NCBI RefSeq assembly: GCF_018350175.1
Contig: NC_058368.1
Span: 48,052,001 to 48,116,000, forward strand
DNA length: 64,000 nucleotides
Source of the DNA: Felis catus
Taxonomy: Eukaryota
Reading direction: 5' to 3'
The first letter of the stretch is position 1. Each line of letters opens with the position of its first letter. A model generated the notes under the pieces. That model did not search any database. It worked only from the letters and a program-made list of their open reading frames with translations, and had not been told where the DNA came from. Shown here in pieces: positions 25,281 to 38,894 of the stretch. The translations under genes were made by a program, and so were the position numbers.

Positions 25281-26499
25281 GACAATTGGTTCTTACTACC
25301 AGAGATTTCTATTGATAGAATCCTGTGGTGTGTTTCCAGAAGTGTGCACTCATGAAAGAATGTGAGAAAAAAAGTTAATAATAATCATCTTAATATTATT
25401 ATGAAAAGAGTTTTGACTTCACCCCTTGCAGGGTTCCCCAGTCAAACCTTTGAATGCCACTAGAATAGGCAAGGCATTTGAACCTGTTGGCCAGAAAGAA
25501 TCCCTAATAGGAGCAGCAAGAAAGAGAAAGAAGAAACGAGGGAGGGGGGATTGAGTTGAGTCCTCCTCTGTCAGGTATTTTTTACCAAAATCTCCAGGCA
25601 AAATGTGTCATGGTGGGCAGGTGCCAAAGAAGAGATGGTTGCTAAGGAAAGACACATTAAAACATATGTTGATGATTCTCAGGAAGATAAAATGAGTTGG
25701 CAGATAAGAATAGGTATTTTCCCCCCTTAGGCTCTAGCCCCTTACTTACTTCTTTTTAGTTTTATCTATCCTGTTTTTAAATCAAAGTTTCTTTAAAACC
25801 AATCACTTTTTACATTATTTACTGCGGTACTTGTAGCTCTAGACAGGGAAGGTGGAGGAGTTTGAATGAGAGGCAAGCTCTGGCCTGGAGAGAAATGAGC
25901 TGACCAGGGTGATGGTCAGAGGGCTCACGTGAGCAGTACTGAGAGTGGAAGCTGGATCCTGGGGTTGGTCTCAGAGGGGTAAAGAGGATCAGGGGCCCCC
26001 AGGCTAGGACAAGGCTCTGGGAGCACACAGCAGGGTATCAGGAAGCAGCCATCTTTCTTCACATGTGTAATAAACCAGGAATGATGCACAGGTTAGAAGT
26101 GCTCATCCTGGGAAACCACAAATTTCCATTATCAGGATAAAGGTAAACGCATACCCAACATTTTGTTGTGGCAACCAGGGCATTGTGTTTTAGGTGCTCA
26201 GTCCCTCAATTCCTCCTGTTGAAAACTGCAAATGATCTATTCAAGCATGTTCATTCTAAATTAAGTAAGTGTGAATCTATGGTGGAGATCTGGTGAAAAT
26301 TTTCAAACTCCAAAAGATTTTAGGAAAATATGCTCATGGAACATCCATATTTCAAGGATGAGAATTCAGAGGAAGAGTGGCTTTTTCCAATCACTATTTT
26401 AACAGGTCACAGAATGAAAATCAATGGAAAAACAATTGGCCTGTTGTGTAATTCACAGTTTCATATATGAAATTCAGCATTGTAGTTTCTTAGTTTTAA

Positions 26500-27220
26500 A
26501 AAAAAATTTGTTTAAATTGATTTAGTTAATATATAATATAATAATGATTTCAGAAGTAGAATTAGGTGATTCATCACTTACATATAACATCCAGTTCTCA
26601 TCCCAACAAGTGCCCTCCTTAATGCCCACTGCCCATTAGCCCATTCCTCCACCCAGCACCCCCCAGCAACTCTCAGTTTGTTCTCTGTGTTGAAGAGTCT
26701 CTATGGTTTGCCTCCCTCTTTCTTTTTATCTTATTTTTCCTTACTTTCCCCTATGTTCATCTGTTGAGTTCCTTAAACTCCACATATAAGTGAAATCATA
26801 TGATATTTGTCTTTCTCTGACCGACTTATTTCATTCAGCGTAATACATTCTAGTCCCATCCACCTTGTTGCAAATGTCAAGATTTCATTCTTTTTGATCA
26901 CCAAGTAATATTCCATTATATATATATACCACATCTTCTCTCTCCATTCGAGAGTCAATAGACGTTTGTGCTCTTTCCATACTTTGGCTATTGCTGATAG
27001 TGCTGCTATAAACGTTGGGGTGCATGTGCCCCTTTGAATCAGCATTTTTGTGTCCTTTGGATAAATACCTAGTGGTGCAATTGCTGGGTCATAGGATAGT
27101 TCTATTTTTAATTTTTCGAAGAAACTCTATACTGTTTTCTGGTTTGCATTCCCACCAGCAGGGCAAAAGTGTTCCCCTTTCTCTGCATCCTTGCCAATAT
27201 CTGTTGTTTCCTGGGTTGTT
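26500..27220 (-). mobile_element. Carnivore L1 3' end (ORF2 C-terminal remnant plus 3' UTR)
   Basis: ORF 26773-27045 translates to degenerate ORF2 end (TCTPTFIAAL...EKDKYHMISLICGV). Confidence 0.93.
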
Positions 27221-27372
27221 TAGTTTCTTAATTTTTTAAGTACAGTTTGTACTCAATATGGTAAATTTAAATAATGTAAAAAAAGGAAAACTATTATCAT
27301 CCCTTTATCATTCTAAGAAAAGACTAAATGGCACTCAATAAAAATAAAATATATTCAGATACATTTATATGC

Positions 27373-27876
27373 CAGTATCCCCAGCTTTTAGAAAGTTTGC
27401 ACTATGCCACTTCACTTTTACGGGAGACCCTCATTAGTAGCTGTTTTCACTAACACAAAGAAATTGGATGAGGATTTTCACTTTTAAGAAAAAAGGTGAA
27501 GAGCGAAAGTAGTGTTCAGTTTGTTTTGCAGCAAGCCCTTACAGAGGCAGCCAGCACACCCCCCCAGCAGTGAGAGTGATCCCGCCAAACTCCTTCCCCA
27601 GGAACGAAGCTCAGCCCCTTGGCCTCAAGACATCAGAGCTTTGAACTGTTGTCTATGAACATCTGTGCTTCATCTTAATTTATTTTGTACATCCATTAAC
27701 AAAATGTGTCCTAAAGTATCAGAAAAGCTTAAAAAAGTTTTTTTTGGGGGGGAGGCGGGTTCTGGATACACTCAAAGACTTTTCCATGTATTATTGGCAA
27801 TTGTTTGATTTATGTCATTTCAGCTTATGAAAGTTTTCATAGGAATGCTCTACTTCCGGATGGGGGGGGAGAGCTA
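27373..27876. mobile_element. Tigger-type (TcMar) non-autonomous DNA transposon
   Basis: Imperfect terminal inverted repeats (cagtatccccagcttttagaaagt / acttccggatggggggggagagct); body resembles a recalled carnivore Tigger MITE. Confidence 0.7.
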
Positions 27877-28073
27877 TATTCCATTTTCATTTAAAGCTAT
27901 AACCATAATTTTGCTTGCTCCCAGATTCACCTTTCTAGTGACTTATAACAAATTTTTTCAACACAGAGTAATGAAATATTATTGAAACATTCTGCTTTTT
28001 GTGTGGATTTTTTTCTTTTACATACAGATATAATAGATCCCCCACTCCTGTCCTTTAAACAGTAGTATTTGGA

Positions 28074-28239
28074 GGGGCTCCTGGGTGGCTCAGTTGGTTA
28101 AACGTCTGACTTTGGCTCAGGTCATGATCTTACGGTTTGTGAGTTTGAGCCCTGCATTGGGCTCTGTGCTGACAGCTCAAAAACCTGGAACCTGTTTTGG
28201 ATTCTGTGTCTCCTTCTCTCTCTGCCCCTTCCCCACTCA

Positions 28240-28280
<41 letters not shown>

Positions 28281-28310
28281 TCAAAAATCAATAAATGTTA
28301 AAAAAAATTT
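28074..28310 (+). mobile_element. Can-SINE
   Basis: Full body with long (CT)n and A tail. Confidence 0.95.
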
Positions 28311-28344
28311 AAGCAATAATATTCCAAAAATAGGTTTTGTTGAC

Positions 28345-28615
28345 ACTTTTTCCACAAGATGGTTGTAGGTGTTTCCTAAAGAAAGTTTTATTATCAAAGA
28401 AGTTTGGAAAATTATGAGTTCAACAAAGAAGTTTCTTGATAATAGTACTTTCATGAGCTTTTGTTATGAGTGTGTTCATCAAGAAATTTCCAGAAGATTA
28501 TCCAGAAAGAAATGCTTCCAAACTTACTTGGTTTGAAAAAACTTGATTTCATGGGAGATCTAGCGTCTCTTAGGACTAGTATTCTGAGCAAAAGGGCTTG
28601 AGAAATGTTGCTTTG
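28345..28615. mobile_element. MER103C-like hAT DNA transposon
   Basis: 'tcaaagaagtttggaaaatt', 'ttccaaacttacttg', 'ggactagtattctg...ttgagaaatgttg'. Confidence 0.6.
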
Positions 28616-31600
28616 CACTAATACACAAAATAACGAGATCTGTATTTCATATGTTTGCAGAGTTACTGGGTTCTAACATTCTGAAGGCAACTTCATTAGG
28701 GTTAAGGAAAAGCAAAATGCAACATGGATATGGCAGACCTCTTATTCTAATGTTTTGTTGCTTTTCAACAACATTGACAAAATGAACATTGACAAAAGAG
28801 CTTAAGTTAGAAAAACCAAGTTAGGAGAATGTCATAGTAGAAATTACATTCCTCCTCTTCTCCCTCTACCAGGATGAAATAGAGCAGGTAAGAGGGGGAT
28901 GGACATTGCCTCTGAAAAAGAGAATGCTCTTGTTATGGTATATATGTGTAATTCTTTCTATATGTACGTAAGTAGACAATAACGGTTTAATTGTCTATAG
29001 GTCAACTGTCAGTGGCCACTTTCTCATTTGCTTTTGCTCAGGCTAACACACGTACAGCATTGACTAGCCACGTTGTCAGTGTCTTGCTTGGGATGTGGAG
29101 AAAGGAAGGGTTGTGAAATTAATGGAATGGCGAAGATGGCTGGTCTTCTACCTTTTTTCAGAATTGGGCTTCATTATTTTGTTTGAAGTATTTCAAACGC
29201 CCAGAACTCAGACATATCTTCAGTGAAATACAAACCCGAGGAGAAATATACAGGATTCTTTTAATGTTTTCATTTTCAAATGTTATGCTACCATTCTCTT
29301 TTATGGATACAGATGTTCCAGAATTGGCTATATTTGGTTTAGTGCATATACTTAAACATTAAATCAACAGTGCGTTCAAAATTAAACTGTTCCCATTTTA
29401 AAAGGACTTAACTAGAAAGTAACATATATTAAATACAAAAAAAAAAAAAAAAACACCACCCACTACAGAGAGTTTATAATTTAGTTAAATCATTGTACTT
29501 CTCCATAGCATTCCCACCTGCCACATACCCCCGTACTCTCTGGATCCCTTCAGCTACTCTGAAAAGGCCTTAATTTATTAACTTACTTCAATAACCATAT
29601 GAGCCCATGTGGTCTAAAGTAGAAGACAACACTGATTCCAAAAAAATTAGGGGTGTGGGAGAGGAAGGAAGGCTGACGTCTAAACCTAATTAGCCAGTTC
29701 AGAAAGTGGCCAGCACAAATGAGTTCAGAATTCCTTTTAATAGTGATAGCATTTGGTTTTCTATATTTATATTCCTATATCCTAGTGCGTACAATGTAAG
29801 CTTTGTGATGCTGTGTCTGGCGGTGTTTTGCCTCCCTTTATGACAGGCAGTAATTGTAGCTAGTACGTCATGTACCTGGGGGTGAAAAGTTGCTGGAGTC
29901 TCCTTTTGGGCAGGATGCTAGCTGGCACAGCCATGATGTTTTCTCCCGCCCTGTTCCTCCAACCCTTCTCAGTTTAATGACAGTCTTATGTTTTATTTGT
30001 TTCCTCTGATCCAACATGTTTATGTGAAGGCAGTTCTAGAATACATAAAAGTCAGTTGCAGGGTGGTAATTATTGACCATGGTTTTACATAGCAGCTCAT
30101 GTGGTGAGAAGATAAATGTATAATCACCCGGTAATATGAAAAACTCTGACTGAAGGACCAAAGGACTTTGTCATTTTACTCCACCCTCCGTGAGTCAGTG
30201 AAATGGATTGAATTATAAACCAGAAACAAGTACTTCAATTTGATGAAACTCATCCTAAAGAGGAAAGTGTCATTACATGTTGGCAGTTTATAAAATGTGA
30301 TGAGCTGCCCTAATCCATTGGAACCGACATGTCCTTAATAATAGCAACATTCTTTGTAAATTAAATAGCTATTAATTTTTTAAAAAACTTGTCAGGATAT
30401 GCTTATGCAGTGATGCACATGTGATCACAGGCATTTCTATTGTGTCAGATATACAGAAAAATAGCACCCACTTGGGAATTTGTAAAACAGTGTCAGCATC
30501 TGTGTATCTAAAGGCATGGACAGAACCGGACCTGAAACTCTGGAGTGATTCTCCACGTCTGAAAGGACAGAGTCCTTAGGTGGTGATATATGTCACAAGG
30601 CCATTGTGCATCAGGCCCCCAAATCAATCATCCGACAAATATACATTCACTGAGTGCCACTGTGGGTCCAGGAACAACGCAAAGGGGAATGCAAGCAGGT
30701 GGCTGGGATCTGATCTACTCCCATCCCTCTGCAGCTTGTGTAAGCCTCTCCAGTCAGCATCTGGATATTCTGATATTCTGGTGCCTTCTTTTGTCTCATG
30801 TGAGGAAGTTCCCTGTCGCCAAGGGAATGACCTTCCCTGGGGCCTGGGCCTTCAAGGCTGTCCCTGCAGAGAACACTATGCTCACAGAACAAGGAGTGTG
30901 TTATGTTGGTGACTTATTAGCCAAAAAGAAATGTGTGTGTAGCATGGTTCTAAGTTAACTTTTTTTTTTCTTGTATCCACCATGGACCTCAAGAGAAATT
31001 CCCTAGAATTATGTTAGAACACATTAACAATTCTTTTGCAAGGCTATTCAACTGCTTGATGATTAGAACACATAGAGTGTGTCACATCAAGTCACCGAAG
31101 CCAGGCTTAAAATAATTTGAAAATATAGAGTTTTCTGACATGTCTTACAGATAAACCACGGCAAGAGTCATCTAAAAGTAAGGCTTTATCGTTGATACAT
31201 CTGTTTATAACCTCGGTAATGACGTGTCTGAAGCAGACAGGATATGGCAAACTGGGATGTAATTAGAGGGCTTACTATCAGCAGATTTCACTTAATGGAA
31301 TGTTATCAATGTTTTGCTGAAAATTGCGAATATCAAGCTTGAAAAAACTGATGGTTGCTATTTTGTCCATAATCCTGAAGTGAAAACAGCAAACGAACAG
31401 TGAAGATCAGAGCTATTGTATATGTAAGCTGGGCCCTGTGTAAGAGCACCCCGTGCGGAAGGCAGTTGAGTGGGGGTAAAACCCAGCTTGCATCATGCTC
31501 ACCGGGCCATGTGCCCTGTGGTTAGGCTATGTCTTCCCAGAGCGGTGCCTTTTTCCTACTTGCACAGAGGTGCTGTATGGAGTGACTCTGGCACTAGCAT

Positions 31601-32974
31601 GCTTGTCTTCCCAAGGCAGATTTTTGAAAGTTCTGCTAGCCCGATGAGAAAGGAGGCAGGCTTGACATGGCCAGGATTTGGGAAGAGCCGTCTTACTGCT
31701 TAATTGGGGACTGATTCCAGCTACGGTTGATATTCTTTCTTTAAGCAAGATGGGCACACCTCAGTGATTCCAAGTTCTTAGGCGAATCTGGGGGTTGAAG
31801 AGAATTTTTGCTCCACCCACCTCCTTTTCCTGGAGACTTGTCAAGAATCGAGATTTCCCCAGAGCTAGAATAATTAGCAGTGTCCAGCCCTGCTGAGAAG
31901 TTGCAGAATAGATTTCCCCTGAAGGGGATGTCTCTCTCCTGCAACCTGCCACCTGAATCAGAGGTGTAGTTTAAAACTCTGGTCCAAGAGCACTGCAGAA
32001 ATGGAGAGCCTGGACTTAGAGCTGCTCTCTGCATGGTGCGAACATATCGGCTTGTAACAATTTCCTAGGTTTCCAGTGTTATCACACACCACTTCCATGA
32101 AATTCGATTGGATCTCACTGACTTTGTGGAATGTTCCCTATCTTAATGCCATCTTCTTTTGTGCGTGTGTGTTACATGTTAGACAGCCCAAGAATTACCA
32201 CACTGTTCCACTCTACATTTGCTAGCTCAAACACATACACATGCCAACCACTATCAGTACCAGTAAAATTCAATGAGAGAAGCTATCAGGAAATAGATAA
32301 AGAGTCATACAATAGAGACTTTTTTTTTTTTGGAGAGAATGAGGCCAGGCAAATGGATTTTAAAATTCTGTTACTATGACTGCACTACATTTATAAGCTG
32401 AAGGCATCAAGAGTTGACACTGCTCATAGAATACCAAGGGAAAATTCTGAAAAGGAAGTATCTATTCTCTTATTACCCAAATGTAAATTATATGTGCTCT
32501 TGAAGTATGCCCTTTATTTAATTTTAATGCATTTTAAATTTTAATATGGATTGCTCTACATGAATCACGCTCTTTGTTTTCAACACCATTAGCACACAAA
32601 AATTGAGGAAGGGCTTCTATTTTCTGGCAATTCAGAGTATTTTATAAAGTGTAGCACATAATATTGCACCTTCTATAGAGGAGGGACTCAATATTTGTTG
32701 AAGCAATTTCAATGTGATATGTTAGCTATGATCTATCATGAGTAGGTAATGATTTCCGAAATTTCCAGCTTAAAAGGATTCTTCTATTGCCATTCACATT
32801 TAAAAAATTCTCGGTTCTCAATAAAACCAAAGCGTGGTTTTATTAGACTATGTTGGCATCCCTCTCAAAGACTTATGCAATCAAAGAGATTCAAAGTCAA
32901 TTGTTCTGTGCCAAATTATTTTCTTATTCTATAAAGATGCTCTACAAAGTCTGAATTCTTTTTCATTTGAATAA

Positions 32975-33945
32975 ATCCAGTTATTGAAGAACCTGTATTT
33001 GAAGCATGGCTTATTTATGTTAGCGAGGTATATAGAGTAAGAGACAAAGGTATTTTAAAAACAAACAGACAAAAAGAGATTTGGCTCATGTTTTGATGTA
33101 CTTTGGACTTTGTAAAGGAGAAAAGACAAGCATACAAATAATTGTGTTGCAATTTAGAATACAAAATATGTGAGACAAGAGACTCCCAAAATTAGGGCAG
33201 AAGTTCAGAGACAAGTCTGGGGCAGGATGGAAGACATCATGGAGAAGGTGAGGAATACGGCACGGATGAAGGCACAGTGGTAGAAAGGCTTATAGCCATT
33301 GGAAGAACACAGAGCAGTCTCATTTGGTAAGAGTAGAAGACACACAAAAGAGAGAAGTTGTAAGTTCAGGCTGCAAGATAGGTTGGAGCCAGGTTGAAAA
33401 AGGCCTTCAACACTGGGTATAGGAAGGAACATCCTGTTAAATGTTGAATAACCAGATACGGGGGTGGGGGGGTGGTGTGCGGGGGTAAGAGTTGCTAGAT
33501 TTGTAGTATTTGCTGATTTTTTATCCTCACATGAGGCCACCGTATGTGGAATTGAGAAGAGGTGCCAACAATCAGCTCTCATGAGTTGGGACAAGCTGGC
33601 TCCAACGCATTCCTGGCTGTTAGTTGAAGCTATGAGAAGGGAGGGAATTGGAAAGGAGGAATATAGAAAAAACAAAAGAAACAATCAAAGAGGGAAAGAC
33701 AACCTACAGATTCCCTGCCTAAGGATAGTGCGGATGATGTGGAGAGGTGCTAGAAGTTAAGAAAATGGGCCATCAACATGAGTGAGTGTCATAGAAGCCA
33801 AAGGAAGAGAAAGAATATCATGATGGAAGAATTACTGCTGAGTTTGGCAATTCCAAGAAATTTGAGGGTTTTAAGAGAACATCCTTAGGCAATTGGTAGT
33901 CATAGAAGACAGAAAAATAAGGGATTAAGAATTGAGTCTGTGGTG
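32975..33945 (-). mobile_element. L2 fragments split by MER63
   Basis: Purine-rich L2 antisense motifs ('agtgtcatagaagccaaaggaagaga', 'gagtttggcaatt'). Confidence 0.55.
33425..33617 (-). mobile_element. MER63-type hAT-Blackjack element
   Basis: 'gatttgtagtatttgctgattt' and 'acaatcagctctcatgagttgggacaagctggctccaacgcattcctgg'. Confidence 0.7.
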
Positions 33946-34576
33946 TATGGATTTATATTTACTTGCAATCACCATTGGGTCATATTCAAATAATTCCACT
34001 GTCTCAAGGAAAAACTGTAGAGGGAATGAAAACACAAATTAATCCAAAAAAATGAAATAAAAAAATTCCACACTCAAGATTTTGGCAAACTCTCCATGAC
34101 TCAGCTGATTTGAGATGCTTCAATGACTTTCTCATTCTTCTCCATTTCTTGCAATTGTCCTTTCAAAGAAAGCCTTCTCAAGGCTTATTCGTGAGCAATT
34201 AGCCATGATATATGGGACAATTTTTTTTTCTAATTCCACATTGAAAAGAATTTTCAAAATGATTAAATCCAGAGAGTCGGCTTAACTCTTACAAGACCCT
34301 TTGGCACTGCCCACATTTAACCACCCTCCTCTTCTCCTGTTACCCTCCTGGGCCTTTAACTGCTGTCCATCTCTCTAAGGGCACAGGAACTGAAGCCTTC
34401 AGCAATGCTCTAAGAGCTCTGGGCCGTGGAGTTATCATATATATCATTCTTCTCTGACCCTTTATCTAGAGTGACCAAAAGATTTATTTTACAAACTAAG
34501 ACACTTTGGAGAGTGAAAGAGTATGTCACAATAATTACTCTGGCACGATATGCTTACAACTGCCTTTACCTCATGT

Positions 34577-34731
34577 GATGGCTTGCCAGATAAAATACAA
34601 GATGCCTAGTTAAAATTGAGTTTTATATAGACAACAGGTAACTTTTTAGCATACGTATGTCTCATGCAATATTTAGGACTTATACTAAAACTAAGTGTCT
34701 ATATGTTTATTTGCTAAATCCGGTGACCCTA
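34577..34731. mobile_element. MER53 palindromic DNA transposon
   Basis: 'ttgccagataaaatacaagatgcctagttaaa...tttatttgctaaatccggtgacccta'. Confidence 0.8.
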
Positions 34732-34804
34732 CTCATGAACACCTTACCCATTTACATGAGCACCACACTGCATATACACTGAGCAACAAAACTATTCTGA
34801 CCTC

Positions 34805-34974
34805 AAACTGGCTAACATAATTTTCAAGGCCTGGTGCAAAATGAAAATATGAGGTCTCCTTGCTAAAAACTTATTCCCCTTTTTAAGACAGTGACAACAA
34901 AGTATTAAAGTAAGCATGGGGCCCTTGTAAGCATGGGTGATGGCACAGATCACACGTCCATAAAGCTGGCCCTG
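34805..34974 (-). mobile_element. MER45A (hAT-Tip100)
   Basis: 'ggcctggtgcaaaatgaaaat...gcacagatcacacgtccataaagctggccctg'. Confidence 0.8.
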
Positions 34975-34991
34975 TTTTTACCATTTTGTAT

Positions 34992-35027
<36 letters not shown>

Positions 35028-35317
35028 ACAGTGAAATCTAGAAATATTTCCTCTCTTTATAAAAAGTAAATAGGCAGAAATGAGCAACTTTAAACTTGGG
35101 ATTTTGATGAAACATTCTAGGTGATGATTGCATCTGGAGGGGAGCTTGATTATAATGTGCATGAGAGTAGGGATTATATATGCCCTGCTCACCCAGTTCT
35201 ATGTATAGTGCTTGAGATATGGAAATCGCTTAATATGTTGAATGAATGTTTTATAGGCACACACATGGTGTACATTTACCTGGAAGTGGCATTCAAATTA
35301 AATAAAGGACACATTTC

Positions 35318-36705
35318 TTTTTTTTTTTATATGAAATTTATTGACAAATTGGTTTCCATACAACACCCAGTGCTCATCCCAAAAGGTGCCCTCCTCAATA
35401 CCCATCACCCACCCTCTCCTCCCTCCCACCCCCCATCAACCCTCAGTTTGTTCTCAGTTTTTAAGAGTCTCTTATGCTTTGGCTCTCTCCCACTCTAACC
35501 TCTTTTTTTTTTTCTTCCCCTCCCCCATGGGTTCCTGTTAATTTCTCAGGGTCCACATAAGAGTGAAACCATATGGTATCTGTCTTTCTCTGTATGGCTT
35601 ATTTCACTTAGCATCACACTCTCCAGTTCCATCCACGTTGCTACAAAAGGCCATATTTCATTTTTTCTCATTGCCACGTAATATTCCATTGTGTATATAA
35701 ACCACAATTTCTTTATCCATTCATCAGTTGATGGACATTTAGGCTCTTTCCACAATTTGGCTATTGTTGAGAGTGCTGCTATGAACATTGGGGTACAAGT
35801 GGCCCTATGCATCAGTACTCCTGTATCCCTTGGATAAATTCCTAGCAGTGCTATTCCTGGGTCATAGGGTAGGTCTATTTTTAATTTTCTGAGGAACCTC
35901 CACACTGCTTTCCAGAGCGGCTGCACCAATTTGCATTCCCACCAACAGTGCAAGAGGGTTCCCGTTTCTCCACATCCTCTCCAGCATCTATAGTCTCCTG
36001 ATTTGTTCATTTTGGCCACTCTGACTGGCGTGAGGTGATACCTGAGTGTGGTTTTGATTTGTATTTCCCTGATAAGGAGCGACGCTGAACATCTTTTCAT
36101 GTGCCTGTTGGCCATCCGGATGTCTTCTTTAGAGAAGTGTCTATTCATGTGTTCTGCCCATTTCTTCACTGGGTTATTTGTTTTTCGGGTGTGGAGTTTG
36201 GTGAGCTCTTTATAGATTTTGGATACTAGCCCTTTGTCCGATATGTCATTTGCGAATATCTTTTCCCATTCCGTTGGTTGCCTTTTAGTTTTGTTGGTTG
36301 TTTCCTTTGCTGTGCAGAAGCTTTTTATCTTCATAAGGTCCCAGTAATTCACTTTTGCTTTTAATTCCCTTGCCTTTGGGGATGTGTCGAGTAAGAGATT
36401 GCTACGGCTGAGGTCAGAGAGGTCTTTTCCTGCTTTCTCCTCTAGGGTTTTGATGGTTTCCTGTCTCACATTTAGGTCCTTTATCCATTTTGAGTTTATT
36501 TTTGTGAATGGTGTGAGAAAGTGGTCTAGTTTCAACCTTCTGCATGTTGCTGTCCAGTTCTCCCAGCACCATTTGTTAAAGAGGCTGTCTTTTTTCCATT
36601 GGATGTTCTTTCCTGCTTTGTCAAAGATGAGTTGGCCATACATTTGTGGGTCCAGTTCTGGGGTTTCTATTCTATTCCATTGGTCTATGTGTCTGTTTTT
36701 GTGCC
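35318..36705 (-). mobile_element. Very young 5'-truncated LINE-1 (L1_Fc type)
   Basis: Perfect 16-bp TSD ataaaggacacatttc (35302-35317 and 36706-36721), poly(A), 3' UTR and uninterrupted ORF2 C-terminus. Confidence 0.98.
35546..36705 (-). pseudogene. L1 ORF2p C-terminal fragment (~386 codons; lacks EN and RT core)
   Basis: [29 protein letters not shown] motif [18 protein letters not shown], end HMVSLLCGP*; no internal stops. Confidence 0.95.
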
Positions 36706-38569
36706 ATAAAGGACACATTTCAAGAGGAATTGTAATTTTCACTTGAATAATAAGAGATCAAATGGCAAAAATGCACCAGAACATTATGTATACCATGGCA
36801 TATGCATGTATATTATGTAATATGTATGTATGCATATTAGGTGGTGTTATGTGTGTTCCTGGCTTCTCACTGTAGTTGGTGAATATATACTTCATTGACA
36901 GTAAATGTCCATGTCTTGATGCTGTGAGCTCCCCTACTGATAACAGATAGGTCCTAACTTTTCCAGATTCCCCTCCCTCAATATTTCTGAGAAACTTTAG
37001 AAGTATTATGTGTAAGTCAAGTGTCCCGTATGCCACCTTGTTGGTGTTAGGCAAGTCTTTTGACCTTGCGAGTGCCAGGAGGGGGATAAATGGTGGAAGT
37101 TCCAGTGCCAGGGACTGTGGCTGTCACTCTACCTCCTTCTCATGGTCAGTTTGCTGCTTTTGGACATTGTGTCACTGCTGGCTGTCTCCCTGGGACCAAG
37201 AGCTCTCACACTGTGACCAGGTCCTTCATGGTAGACTCCCACAGCAGAATGGTTTGGGTACCAGTAATACAATCCTTGCATTTGTGTCCTGTAGGGGCTC
37301 CAGGAATGAGGGAAAGTGGGTCAGTGGTGGCCACCCACAACGCTGGACCTCCCCCCTCAGGTATGGAAGCCAAATGATGTTCTGTTTACTGCCAGGGTCC
37401 TGTTTTTTCCTCCCTAGAGGGGAAACGGCGTTGTTTCATGCATATCAATCTAACCCCCAACTCAGTTACAGTCAGAGGTCAAGATCTTTCCCAGGGAAGC
37501 TTGGGCCTCAGGCAAATCCAAGATACATTGGATTTCTGTGGTCCTGAAAAATCTGTGATAATTCTGAGGCCAGTCTGCCCAGTGCATATGAAGGACATCT
37601 AGGTGATGGTGTTGTCTATTTTTCTAACGTTACAAGGACAGTGAAAGGAGTTCTCAGCTGGTTTTGTAGGAGAACAAGTGAATATCTGTGTAAATATTAA
37701 GCTTCTGGAAACTTCTTTTTGCGCCATGTTAATTTGCTCCTAATTGTATTACATAATTGTTCCTTAAATTTTTACTAAGTAATTTTTTTCCATTTTCAAA
37801 CTTATTCACACAAAAAAATCTTGGATGAAACTAAGTAGGCAGTGCTTTCTTATTCTCCAATCCAGCCAAATCAGAGCTTACTCAGGAATCAACTTGAGCA
37901 CAGGCATTTTGTTTTCTGAAATATGATTTATAAACTCTTCAAAACTGTCAGTCTATTTTTAATGGATTCTTTTTTATGTATGCAACTTACTTAAAAATTA
38001 ATCATTAACATTATGTTAATCAATAACAACTCAAGATGGCATCCAGATAGCCCTCATCTGGTATAAACATAACAATACAATTAAATTTTATATTTTATAT
38101 TTTTAAATTTTTGCTATCTATGTATTAATCCTCACAGTATGAGGATCCTTATGCATATCTGTTTGAATACCTCAGCTCATCCATCCAAGCTTCATATATA
38201 TACATATATGTATGTGTGTGTATACATATATGAGAGTTTTCCTTTTTTCTACATATGGGCTAAGTAGAATGATTATAGTAAGTTATTAAATGCTGATCCA
38301 CAACATCAATGTTAAACAGTGATTTTCATGGTACACTAATGGGTATGTTTTCTGGTGAGAGAATTGTACCTAAGTGATAGCATAGCTTCTTATTCCTAAA
38401 CTGGATATACCTGAGTAGATGATGCATAAGGATATTATAACATTATTTTTCAAGACTGCATCAAGAATTTCGAATACGCCATGAGTTGAATACCATATAT
38501 TTGTGTTAGTTGGGTGTTTCTTTTCATTTTGTGCAAGAAAAAGATTTTGGCATTCTCAGGTTTTGAGGT

Positions 38570-38735
38570 AGCAGGATATGGTGGAAATAACATTGGTTTG
38601 GGAGTTGGTAGTCCTGGCCAATAATCTCTAGCAACTACTAACTGTGTGAACTTGGGCACATTACTGATCTCTCTGAATGTTGGTTTATGTATTCATTGTA
38701 AACTCAAAGGTTATAAGGATTAAAGATGCTAATGA
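38570..38735 (+). mobile_element. MIR
   Basis: 'ctactaactgtgtgaacttgggcacattactgatctctctgaat'. Confidence 0.7.
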
Positions 38736-38894
38736 AAGACATATGACTTTAGGAATGAAAACACACATGGTATTGACTAAATAACCATTTTTTTTCTCAG
38801 ATTTGTTCAAAAATGTTTATTTTCTAAAAATACTCTACCCTTATTCCACCCTTACTTATTAGCTGTCATTTGTCCTATTGTCTTGTTATTTCTT

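Noticed and set aside
30580..30958. Overlapping 110-122 aa ORFs
   Set aside because: No recognisable domain or convincing exon structure; partly L2-like.
36384..36746. 120-aa plus-strand ORF
   Set aside because: Antisense shadow of L1 ORF2.
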